Below the pieces are notes generated by a model that was given only the letters and a program-made list of their open reading frames with translations, was not told where the DNA came from and ran no database searches. Shown here one piece after another: positions 26,290 to 35,216 of a stretch of 64,000 bases of DNA. Both the position numbers and the translations under genes were made by a program. Origin of the DNA: Patescibacteria group bacterium (GTDB lineage Bacteria > Patescibacteriota > Minisyncoccia > UBA6257 > JACRHW01); NCBI GenBank assembly GCA_028865725.1, contig JAGWJP010000003.1, positions 65,697 through 129,696 of the forward strand. The letters run 5' to 3'. The first letter of the stretch is position 1; the number at the start of each line of letters is the position of its first letter.

Positions 26290-27297
26290 CTAACCTAAGA
26301 AAGGATGCAAGTCATGGAACTCATTTTTGAGATATTGATAGGCGTGAAGTGTTGCGATTCTCCCTTTTCCTGTGCGTTCAAGAAGACCGAGGCGGATAAG
26401 ATAAGGTTCATAGACTTCTTCGATCGTGTCTATTTCCTCGTTGGTAGAAGCCGCAAGGGCTTTCAATCCCACAGGACCTCCTTTAAATTTGGTAACGAGT
26501 GTTTCTAATATTTTTCTTTCTTGAGGTTCAATGCCATATTGATCTACTTCCAACATCGCGAGCGTACTGTTCGCTACCTCCTTCGTGATTACCGGTTTTT
26601 CTTGTACTTCGGCGAGATCGCGTGTTCGTTTCAATAATCTGTTTGCCACGCGAGGCGTGGCGCGCGATGCGTGTGCAAGTAGGGCAAGTGCTTCTGCATC
26701 TACCCTTACGCGTAGAAGATCCGCAGAACGAGAAAGAATCTTTTTAATATGATCTTCAGTATAGAAATCAAGTTTGAAGATAGCTCCAAATCTGCTACGA
26801 AGAGGATTTGAGAGAAGTGCCACGCGAGTAGTTGCCGCTACTAGCGTGAAGGGCGGGAGATCTAGTTCAAAGTTTCTTGCCGCAGGTCCCTTGCCAATGA
26901 TAAGATGAAGCTTGCGCGATTCCATGGCAGGATAGAGCACTTCTTCGATTGATCGGTTGATGCGATGCGCCTCATCAATAAAAAGTACATCACCGTGTTC
27001 AAGGTTGGAGAGGATAGAAGCAAGATCCCCCGCTTTTTCTATAGCGGGTCCAGATGTGATACGAAGATTCGCTCTCATCTCTTTTGCGATGAGAGACGCA
27101 AGTGTTGTTTTTCCCAGACCCGCAGGGCCGTAAAGAAGGACGTGGTCGACGGTTTCTTTGCGTTTTTTAGCCGCCTCAATCAATATATGCAGCCCTTGTT
27201 TGGTTTTATCCTGGCCAATGTACTCTTGCCAATTCGATGGTCTTAGTGTTAAATCAATACTTACCTCTTCGCGGTTATCCGAAGATGTTGTTGACAT
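26290..27297 (-). CDS. ruvB: Holliday junction helicase RuvB
   Basis: LRP...EYIGQ, GPAGLGKTT, FIDEAHR, PLRSRFG, TPRVANRLL; start moved to ATG 27297. Confidence 0.97.
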   Translation of the reverse strand: MSTTSSDNREEVSIDLTLRPSNWQEYIGQDKTKQGLHILIEAAKKRKETVDHVLLYGPAGLGKTTLASLIAKEMRANLRITSGPAIEKAGDLASILSNLEHGDVLFIDEAHRINRSIEEVLYPAMESRKLHLIIGKGPAARNFELDLPPFTLVAATTRVALLSNPLRSRFGAIFKLDFYTEDHIKKILSRSADLLRVRVDAEALALLAHASRATPRVANRLLKRTRDLAEVQEKPVITKEVANSTLAMLEVDQYGIEPQERKILETLVTKFKGGPVGLKALAASTNEEIDTIEEVYEPYLIRLGLLERTGKGRIATLHAYQYLKNEFHDLHPFLG

Positions 27298-27319
27298 AAT
27301 ATTCAAAATGTGCTAAGAT
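27291..27319 (+). promoter_or_regulatory. Sigma70 promoter of the 6S-like RNA
   Basis: TTGACA-17 nt-TAAGAT with extended TG; the -35 overlaps the ruvB start codon. Confidence 0.7.
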
Positions 27320-27326
27320 AGACATA

Positions 27327-27488
27327 AATCACGATAAAGGTGTAGGCAGTTGGGCCTTTTTAATACATTACGGCTTTACGGGACGAGTACCCGAAGGCTC
27401 GCTTGGTTTTGGCTGGGTGTGACCTCGAGCTTGTCTTTTATCTCAACCCCTAGTGTTGAGAATAACTGCCTACGCCTTTGTGGTGATT
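27327..27488 (+). ncRNA. ssrS: 6S RNA candidate
   Basis: 162-nt rod: closing stem AATCAC.ATAAAGGTGTAGGCAGTT/AACTGCCTACGCCTTTGT.GTGATT, central bubble with 3' hairpin TCTCAAC/GTTGAGA, apical G-U-rich stem; own promoter and terminator. Confidence 0.6.
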
Positions 27489-27493
27489 CTTTT

Positions 27494-27517
27494 CGCCCCC
27501 TTTTTGGGGTGTTTTTT
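27494..27517 (+). terminator. Intrinsic terminator
   Basis: CGCCCC-CTTTTT-GGGGTG followed by TTTTTT. Confidence 0.7.
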
Positions 27518-27530
27518 GTAAAGGTGCCGT

Positions 27531-29207
27531 CTAGTCGAGCGTTGCCTCAATCTTGCCTACCACACTCTCTACTTCCTCAAATGTCGTGATTCCTTTCAGG
27601 ATTTTCAGGAGTCCATCTTGTCCCATCGTGGTCATTCCATTTTTCAAAGCCACCCTTTTCACATCAGTAGTGGTGGGAGATTTCTGCATGTATTCTTCTA
27701 ATTCTTTCGTGATGAGCAAAAATTCATACACACCTATACGCCCGCGAAATCCGTTGTTGCATTTGTCACATCCTTTCGGTGCGTAGAGCGCGAGAGAGGT
27801 GGGATCGGGTCTTGCAACGCGCGAGGGCAGGGTGGCGATGAGTTTTTCAATACGCTTTCTTTGTTCCTCAGTTGGCGTTATTTTTTCTTTACAGACATTA
27901 CAGAGAGTACGAACGAGACGTTGGGCGATAATGAGGTTAAGCGCCGGACCGATGGTAGCAGGTTTCACGCCCATATCAAGGAGACGAGGAATCGCACCGC
28001 TTGCTTCGTTGGTATGAAGCGTGGAAAACACAAGATGTCCGGTGAGTGATGCCTGCATTGCTGTTTCCGCGGTCTCGAAATCGCGGATTTCTCCTATAAG
28101 GATAACATCGGGATCTTGACGAAGTGCAGCTTTAAGCCCTGAGACGAATGTGTATCCGCGCTCAGGTTCTACCTGTGTTTGGGAGATCCCTTCTATGTGA
28201 TATTCGATAGGGTCTTCGATAGTGATAATTTTAATTTTTGGGTTATAGACGCGTTTCAGGAATGCATAGAGCGTGGTTGTTTTTCCGCTCCCCGTAGGGC
28301 CGGTGTTTAAGATTGCGCCGTTTGGTTTTTCAAGTTCTTCCTGAACGATCGCAAGATCATCATCACGTATACCGAGATCTTCAAGCTTAATGCTAAGGAG
28401 TTTTGGGTTCAGTATACGCATCACGACCGTTTCGCCGTAAGCTGAAGGAACAACCGATGTTCTAATTTCAATTTCTTGTACTCCCGCGTGAATAGTAAAG
28501 CGTCCATCTTGGGCAATATTTTTGATATTGATTTTCAGGCCGGAAATGAGCTTGATACGGGATAGGATAGAGCGATACATCGCATGGGAGAAATCAGCGA
28601 CATCGTGGAGATCGCCGTCGATACGAAGTCTAAAGCGCACTACGTCCTCTTCGGGCTCAAGATGCATGTCAGACGCGTCAGATGCCAGGGCTCCTGCGAG
28701 GATAATTTCTAAAATCTTTGAAGTGAGCGGATCTTGAAACGAGGTGACGGCCTGCTTAATACTCGCCACGTTGTTTAAGCTTTTCATGTATTCCTGGAGC
28801 TTTTCCGATTCTATTCCAACCGATCCGGTAATTTCTTCAACGGGAGGAGGAATAAGCTTATAAAACCCCCAGGCTTTTTCAAGACTTGCATTACTCACCA
28901 CCACGGTGCTTACTTCATAGGTTGTTTTGAGTGAGGCAAGGATCTCTTGTTCTTTTTGGTTGTCGGGATCATTGATGACGACGAGAAGTTTTTTTCCTTT
29001 GATTCCTACACACGCAAGCTTTGCTTCGCGTGCCACATTCTCGGGGACACATCGTAATGCATCGACTTCGATGGGACGCAAACGGAGATCGAGGTAGGGG
29101 AGCTTAACGCGCGCCGCCGTGCGTTCTGCCTCACGTTCTTCTGCTTCGCGCGCCGAAGCCTCGAGCGTTTCCTCAAGCGATTTTTTTTGGTAGGGGTCGT
29201 ATGACAT
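27531..29207 (-). CDS. pilB: Second type IV pilus assembly ATPase (PilB/GspE) with N-terminal domain
   Basis: ASDMHLEP, GPTGSGKTTTLY, LRQDPDVILIGEIRD, CNVC/CDKC; 558 aa. Confidence 0.92.
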   Translation of the reverse strand: MSYDPYQKKSLEETLEASAREAEEREAERTAARVKLPYLDLRLRPIEVDALRCVPENVAREAKLACVGIKGKKLLVVINDPDNQKEQEILASLKTTYEVSTVVVSNASLEKAWGFYKLIPPPVEEITGSVGIESEKLQEYMKSLNNVASIKQAVTSFQDPLTSKILEIILAGALASDASDMHLEPEEDVVRFRLRIDGDLHDVADFSHAMYRSILSRIKLISGLKINIKNIAQDGRFTIHAGVQEIEIRTSVVPSAYGETVVMRILNPKLLSIKLEDLGIRDDDLAIVQEELEKPNGAILNTGPTGSGKTTTLYAFLKRVYNPKIKIITIEDPIEYHIEGISQTQVEPERGYTFVSGLKAALRQDPDVILIGEIRDFETAETAMQASLTGHLVFSTLHTNEASGAIPRLLDMGVKPATIGPALNLIIAQRLVRTLCNVCKEKITPTEEQRKRIEKLIATLPSRVARPDPTSLALYAPKGCDKCNNGFRGRIGVYEFLLITKELEEYMQKSPTTTDVKRVALKNGMTTMGQDGLLKILKGITTFEEVESVVGKIEATLD

Positions 29208-29428
29208 GGAGGTAGACCGCTGGATTTTTAGAAATCGAAGAATAAAATATGAAAAATTTTGTTTTCTATTTCTATTCCTTGCGCAAGTTGGAAAAAACTA
29301 CAAGTGGAAAACTTTTATTCGCACGTATGGCGAGTCACTTGAGGCGGAAAAGGAAGTGCCTGCTTACCAGCGGGCGACCCTATTTATGGTCGGCTCAAGA
29401 CCGAATTAATTTATCGTGGAATTAATCG

Positions 29429-29785
29429 TCAATAAAAAACCGCCCGTTGAGGCGATTGCAACAATGATATTTGATCGTGGTTACGGTTCTGGAGTGCGGC
29501 ATGTTTCATTGCTGTTATTTGCGAGAAGCTTTTTATATTCGTTGGAAGATTGATAGTGTAGACACACTCCGAGCGCGAAAAACGTGACTGAACTGATGTC
29601 CAGAAATATAAGACAGGATTAAACAAAAGCGATCGTGCGTAGATCACGGCCACGAATGCCATTGTGCATATCGACAGAAAGAAAGCGAAGATTGAAAGCC
29701 GCTCTTGTTCGGAAGGATTCAATGTGGTGGTTGCTGATTCCTTAGTGTTTTCTAGACCAGTCCCACTACAGTGTTGACATTCCAT
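29429..29785 (-). CDS. Hypothetical membrane protein with N-terminal CxxCxGxG
   Basis: SD-like AAGGGGGGTG before ATG; one TM segment. Confidence 0.5.
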   Translation of the reverse strand: MECQHCSGTGLENTKESATTTLNPSEQERLSIFAFFLSICTMAFVAVIYARSLLFNPVLYFWTSVQSRFSRSECVYTINLPTNIKSFSQITAMKHAALQNRNHDQISLLQSPQRAVFY

Positions 29786-29997
29786 TTTTTCACCCCCCCT
29801 TTTTTTTATGGTTTCCAGTCAGGATTGTGAAATACTTCCGGATAATGCGATTCTATGATGTCTGCAAGTTCATTTTGAAAATATGCTCCCACGATAAAAG
29901 TAGCAGAACCAAGGAGAGACCTAACGAGTCGTATCCAGTACTCGAGGCATATACCATTGTTACCGTTGTCATGAGTGCCATGAAGAATGCAATAGTC

Positions 29998-30156
29998 TTA
30001 GTGTAAAAAGAGATACTTTTGTTTTTTGGAGAATCGAGCGTGTCTTTGGGCGAGATTCTTTATATCAATGGAATACTGCGTATTACAGTAAGAACACTGT
30101 CTATCTTCATTGGTGATCGTGTTCCACCTTTCGCATTTTTCGCACCTTGCGTGCAT
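29998..30156 (-). CDS. Small zinc-ribbon ORF (52 aa), possibly the 5' part of a disrupted gene
   Basis: Hand translated MHARCEKCERW...RQCSYCNTQY...; below the ORF-track cutoff; GGGGG SD-like site upstream. Confidence 0.45.
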   Translation of the reverse strand: MHARCEKCERWNTITNEDRQCSYCNTQYSIDIKNLAQRHARFSKKQKYLFLH

Positions 30157-30248
30157 ATCAAAGATCCCCCACGCTAGATTAAGGTACCATTTGTTTTTTG
30201 GTCTGTCAATTTAAATCTTTTTGTATTTCCTGCTATCCTTAAGCTAAC

Positions 30249-30698
30249 ATGGAACGTAGTACCACGATTATTACCCAAAACGAGCGCGAGACGCGGAGGA
30301 TAGCAAACGCGTTTGCGGAGGAGCTTGCTGCCGAGAAACCTGTGTGTCACGTGGTGAGTCTTGAGGGCGAGCTTGGGGCGGGGAAAACAACCTTCATGAA
30401 GGGATTTGCAGAGGGACTTCACATGAAAGAAACGATGACGAGCCCGACGTTTATCATTTTTCGCGTTTTCGATCTTGCCCGCAGCGTGTTTAAGCGCCTT
30501 TATCATGTGGACTGTTATCGGCTGGAATCATATGAAGACTTGCGCGCGCTTGGATTTGAAGACATCCTCAATGATCCTAAGAATCTTGTCGTGATCGAAT
30601 GGGGAAACATGATACGGGAACATTTGCCACAAAACACCGTCCATATTGCTTTTGATGTTCTTGCGCATCATGCGCGGCGTATTACTATTACATCATAA
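30249..30698 (+). CDS. tsaE: tRNA threonylcarbamoyladenosine biosynthesis ATPase TsaE
   Basis: LEGELGAGKTTF, TSPTF, YHVDCYRL, VIEWG. Confidence 0.96.
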   Translation: MERSTTIITQNERETRRIANAFAEELAAEKPVCHVVSLEGELGAGKTTFMKGFAEGLHMKETMTSPTFIIFRVFDLARSVFKRLYHVDCYRLESYEDLRALGFEDILNDPKNLVVIEWGNMIREHLPQNTVHIAFDVLAHHARRITITS

Positions 30699-30702
30699 TG
30701 AT

Positions 30703-33255
30703 ATGAAGACTTTGCTGCTTATTGATGCAAATGCGCTTATTCATAGAGCGTTTTATGCATTACCCCCCATGACAGATAGCAAAGGAAATCCCGTGAACGC
30801 ATTATACGGTCTTTCGAGTATTCTTCTTCGCGTGGTGCGCGAGATGAAACCAGATTATGTCGCGGCTGCATTTGATTTGCCAGAGCCCACATTTCGCCAT
30901 AAAGAATACAAAGAGTATAAGGCGCAACGCAAAAAGGCATCTCCAGAACTCATTGCGCAACTTAAGGTTGCTCCTCGTGTGTTTGAAGCATTTGGCATGA
31001 AGGTCATGAGCGCGGAAGGATTTGAGGCGGATGATGTGATTGCCACGCTTGCGGAGAAGTTTCGCAAAGAGCCCCGCCTCCATATTATGATCATTACAGG
31101 AGATATGGACACGCTGCAGCTCGTCGAAGGAAAAAAGGTGGAGGTGTGTACGATGAAAAAGGGGATTGGCGAGACCACGATATATGATGAAACCGGCGTG
31201 GAGGAACGATTTGGCATTACTCCCGCACAGCTTCCTGATTTTAAGGGATTAAAAGGCGATCCTTCAGATAATATTCCCGGCGTGCCTGGTATTGGAGAAA
31301 AGACGGCCGTGACATTACTTCAAGAATTTAAGACGCTTGAAAATCTTTATGATCGCATTCGGTGCGACAAGGAACTGATTCCTGCAAAAACCTACGCGAA
31401 ACTTATAGAACACAAAGATCAGGCGTTTTTTAGCAAGTATCTCGCGATCACGCGCCGCGATTTGCCCCTTAACGTCACGCTCGATGATCTTGCGTTTTTA
31501 TTGTCTGTTGATTCGTTGAAAAGCTTGTTTGAGTCCTATCATTTTCGAAGTCTTCTTCTGCGTTTACAGGAATCTTCTTCGCGCGGTGTTTCGAACCCCA
31601 AAAAAGAGGAGGAGACAGCAAGCACAGCGCTTATCTGTTCAGCGTTTTCTGCGATACCGCATACGGAGCTTGCATTGTCTTGTGAGGATGGGCGGTTGTG
31701 TCTTACGAATCGCAAGGGCGCATTTTGTTACATCGAGGAAGACCATGACGTTACTCTTCTTTCTGCTGTGTATGCCGATACCGAGCGTTTCATTGCATAC
31801 GATGCGAAAGGTGTGATTCGTTGGCATATGGACCACGGTGTTGCATTGCCACGCATATCGTTTGATTGCATGATCGCCGCATGGCTTCTTGATCCCGAAT
31901 ATCGCGATTATGGTCTGCGCGCTCTTACGAAACGAATGTTTAAAAAGGAAGGAGGGAATGAGTATATTTTTTCGCTCTATGATGCGCAACTAAAAAAGCT
32001 TGTGAAGTATGAACTGATGCATGTGTTTTCTGATATCGAAATGCCCCTCATTCCCATTCTTGCGACCATGGAGAGGCGAGGAATTGCGCTTAACGTATCT
32101 CAACTGAACGCAGTGCGTGTACGGACAGAGACCGAGCTGAACGACCTTGAGCGTGATATTTTTTCTACGAGTGATTCCTCGTTTAATATTAATTCTCCGA
32201 AACAGCTCAGTGAAGTTTTGTTTACACTTTTGAAACTTCCTACAAAAGGACTGCGCAAGACGCCCCAAGGCGCAATTTCTACCGATGCCGGCGAGCTCGC
32301 TAAATTACGAGGCGCACATCCGATTATTGATCTCATATTGCGATATCGCGAACTGAACAAACTCAAGACCACGTATCTTGATGCGCTTCCTAAAAGCCTC
32401 GATGCACACACGGGACGCCTTCATACCACGTTTAATCAAACAGGCACCGCAACGGGGAGACTTTCCTCATCTGACCCTAATCTTCAAAATATTCCTGCTC
32501 AGGGCAGCGAAGCAGTAGAGATCCGCAACGCATTTGTGGCAGAGAAGGGATTCCAGTTTGCTGCATTCGATTATTCACAGCTTGAATTACGTATCGTGGC
32601 AGCCTTGTCTCAGGACGCTACCATGATGAACGCATTCCTAGAGAAAAAAGATATCCATGCGATCACTGCCGCCGAAGTAAACGGCATTTCGCTTTCTGAG
32701 GTAACTCCTGAGTTGCGGCGACAAGCGAAAACGCTAAATTTCGGTATCATCTATGGCATGGGTGCGCGTGCATTTGCAGAGAGTTCAGGGCTTAGTCTTC
32801 ATGAGGCAAAACGATTCATTCAAAAATATTTTGAGAATTTTAAGGGAATAAAGGCGTATCAAGATTCGTTGATTGGTTTTGCAAAAACATATGGTTATGT
32901 CAAAACGGAATCGGGCCGCCGCCGTTATCTTCCCGATATTACTTCGGGGAATCCAAAATTTCAGGCGCAAGCAGAACGTGCCGCTATCAACATGCCTGTG
33001 CAAGGACTCGAGGCGGATATTGTTAAACAGGCTATGATTAACGCAGACACATGGATTAAAGAGCAAAATCTTGAGGAAACTGTGCGCTTACTCTTAAACA
33101 TTCATGATGAACTGTTGTTTGAAATTGAGAAAGAAAAGGTCCGTAATGTGATTGCTCCTCTCCGAGGCATTATGGAACAGGCTTTTCCATTAGCAGTTCC
33201 TCTTGTGGTCGATATAAAAATGGGTGATAGTTGGGGTTCAATGCAACATCTATGA
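30703..33255 (+). CDS. polA: DNA polymerase I
   Basis: LIDANALIHRAFYA, GDPSDNIPGVPGIGEKTA, TGRLSSSDPNLQNIP, DYSQLELR, IHDEL; start moved to ATG 30703. Confidence 0.98.
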   Translation: MKTLLLIDANALIHRAFYALPPMTDSKGNPVNALYGLSSILLRVVREMKPDYVAAAFDLPEPTFRHKEYKEYKAQRKKASPELIAQLKVAPRVFEAFGMKVMSAEGFEADDVIATLAEKFRKEPRLHIMIITGDMDTLQLVEGKKVEVCTMKKGIGETTIYDETGVEERFGITPAQLPDFKGLKGDPSDNIPGVPGIGEKTAVTLLQEFKTLENLYDRIRCDKELIPAKTYAKLIEHKDQAFFSKYLAITRRDLPLNVTLDDLAFLLSVDSLKSLFESYHFRSLLLRLQESSSRGVSNPKKEEETASTALICSAFSAIPHTELALSCEDGRLCLTNRKGAFCYIEEDHDVTLLSAVYADTERFIAYDAKGVIRWHMDHGVALPRISFDCMIAAWLLDPEYRDYGLRALTKRMFKKEGGNEYIFSLYDAQLKKLVKYELMHVFSDIEMPLIPILATMERRGIALNVSQLNAVRVRTETELNDLERDIFSTSDSSFNINSPKQLSEVLFTLLKLPTKGLRKTPQGAISTDAGELAKLRGAHPIIDLILRYRELNKLKTTYLDALPKSLDAHTGRLHTTFNQTGTATGRLSSSDPNLQNIPAQGSEAVEIRNAFVAEKGFQFAAFDYSQLELRIVAALSQDATMMNAFLEKKDIHAITAAEVNGISLSEVTPELRRQAKTLNFGIIYGMGARAFAESSGLSLHEAKRFIQKYFENFKGIKAYQDSLIGFAKTYGYVKTESGRRRYLPDITSGNPKFQAQAERAAINMPVQGLEADIVKQAMINADTWIKEQNLEETVRLLLNIHDELLFEIEKEKVRNVIAPLRGIMEQAFPLAVPLVVDIKMGDSWGSMQHL

Positions 33256-34175
33256 TTCTTCTCTTATACGGCGCAGATCGGCACAGTCTTCTTCAAAAGA
33301 AGAAGGAAATTTGTGATATCTATGCGGCACGGAACCCCGCGCTTGATATGAAGCGATTCGACCTCCAGATCAAAGACCAGATGGCCGATCTCGACGCTTT
33401 TTTTAAAACACCCTCTCTTTTTGTTACTAAAAAACTTGCGGTAGTGGATAGTCCTTTCGCGCGCGCGAAAGAGCTTCTTCTTTTTTTGCAATCCAACGAG
33501 GCGGCACACGACGAGGATCGTACCATTCTTATCATATATGACAAGGAACTTCCCAAAGGCGATCTCGCATCCTATCTTATCTCCGACAAACAGATTCGCA
33601 CACAACGATTTCCGCTTACGACTTCGGTGGGGGCAGGAAAGTTGATACGCGAAACGTGCCGTGCTGCAGGTATTGCCATTGAACGAGATGGGGTGGCTAC
33701 GCTTGTGTCATATTACGGAGTGGATACCGGTGCCTTACGCCATGCAGTTGAGCGGCTGATATTGTGGAAACAAGCGAACCAATCCACCACGGTATCAGAC
33801 ATTGATCTTCTCTATTTTTCTCCTCAAGGCGAGGAAAGTATTTTTGTCTATGTTGAGGCGTTGCTTAAGAACGATGTGCCAGGTGCGATGGTGCTCCTGC
33901 ATCGTTCTTCTGAGCCTTTTCCCGCGCGCGATGTGATTCGTATTTTTGAGCTTCAATTAAAACAGCTTATGGTAGCGATGAGCAATGACAAGAAGGCGCA
34001 AAGCGCTATTCCCGGGTGGCTTGTCCGGAAACTTCACGCTATTGCACGCGCCACGAATGAGAACACTCTACTGCATTGGTATACTACAATAGCCTCACTA
34101 GATGTAAGGCTAAAACAGGGAGCTATCGGAGAGGAGGAGGCGCAGGAAGAACTTCTTTACGCCTCTTTCGTGTAA
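33252..34175 (+). CDS. holA: DNA polymerase III delta subunit
   Basis: MILLLYG.D, PSLF..KKL.VV, size, and position next to rpsT. Confidence 0.75.
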   Translation: MILLLYGADRHSLLQKKKEICDIYAARNPALDMKRFDLQIKDQMADLDAFFKTPSLFVTKKLAVVDSPFARAKELLLFLQSNEAAHDEDRTILIIYDKELPKGDLASYLISDKQIRTQRFPLTTSVGAGKLIRETCRAAGIAIERDGVATLVSYYGVDTGALRHAVERLILWKQANQSTTVSDIDLLYFSPQGEESIFVYVEALLKNDVPGAMVLLHRSSEPFPARDVIRIFELQLKQLMVAMSNDKKAQSAIPGWLVRKLHAIARATNENTLLHWYTTIASLDVRLKQGAIGEEEAQEELLYASFV

Positions 34176-34213
34176 AAGATTTGCCGAAGCACGGGCTCAC
34201 CGGCGGGCCGATA

Positions 34214-34471
34214 TTACTTTGAAGATGCGTTGAGTTTTTTTGCAAGGCGTGACTTTAATCGTGCTGCCTTGTTTTTGTGCATGGTATGCTTTTTTGCCGC
34301 TTTATCAAGCGACGCATATACATGGGAAAGCTCTTCTTTTTTTGAGGAGAAGTCTTGCGCCGCATTCAACTTTTTCATCGCTGCTTTTACTGCAGTTTTT
34401 TGTGCGATATTGCGAACGCGCTTCCGTGCATTTTTGCGCAATTCTTTTTGTGCAGATGATGTGCGTGGCAT
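34214..34471 (-). CDS. rpsT: 30S ribosomal protein S20
   Basis: MPRTSSAQKELR...LDKAAKK...HKNKAARLKSRL; start moved to ATG 34471. Confidence 0.96.
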   Translation of the reverse strand: MPRTSSAQKELRKNARKRVRNIAQKTAVKAAMKKLNAAQDFSSKKEELSHVYASLDKAAKKHTMHKNKAARLKSRLAKKLNASSK

Positions 34472-34627
34472 ATGGTTAGCTATAAATATATTTGGTATTG
34501 TAAAACAGGATATCAAAATTAGCAAGTTGTGCCGTAGTAGAAAATCGATTTACCATTTATACCGGCTTTTGTTGTTTACAATGCGTTTCGGAGAGGATTA
34601 GAGTATAATGGATAAGAAGATTATGGA

Positions 34628-35200
34628 ATGATTTACAGTATTCGTGGAAAATTGGAGTCGATACAAGCGAACGCGGTCGTAATTGAGACGGCGGGCGGTG
34701 TGGGATATTTTGTGTTTACAACTCCTGCGACAATGCAGGTGCTTGCAGGTAAGGACGAAGTGCATCTCTACACATTACTTCAAGTGCGTGATGATGCGCT
34801 CGAGCTTTATGGGTTTGCAAGCGAAGAGGAGCTTCGTTTTTTTCAGCTTTTGAAAACCGTCTCTGGCATTGGTCCTAAAGCAGCGCTTGCGATTCTCGGG
34901 GTTGCGGACATCGCCACGCTTCAATCGGCTATCGCGTCCGGGAGATCGGAACTATTAAGTAAGGCGGGAGGAGTGGGAAAGAAGACTAGTGAGCGCATCA
35001 TTGTAGAGCTCAAAGAAAAGGTGGGCAAGGGGAACGAAGAGGTTAATATATTGGAGCGTGATTTTGACATTATCGAAGCACTCAAATCGCTTGGATACTC
35101 TGTTCATGAAGCGCGAAATATCTTGAAAGATATTTCGCCCGAGGTGGCCGATTTTTCTGAACGGCTCAAGACTGCATTAAAAATGTTAGGAAAGAAATAG
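34628..35200 (+). CDS. ruvA: Holliday junction branch migration protein RuvA
   Basis: GGVGY, LYGF, VSGIGPKAAL, GVGKKTSERI, ALKSLGY. Confidence 0.96.
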   Translation: MIYSIRGKLESIQANAVVIETAGGVGYFVFTTPATMQVLAGKDEVHLYTLLQVRDDALELYGFASEEELRFFQLLKTVSGIGPKAALAILGVADIATLQSAIASGRSELLSKAGGVGKKTSERIIVELKEKVGKGNEEVNILERDFDIIEALKSLGYSVHEARNILKDISPEVADFSERLKTALKMLGKK

Positions 35201-35216
35201 AAAGAAGATTTTTAAA

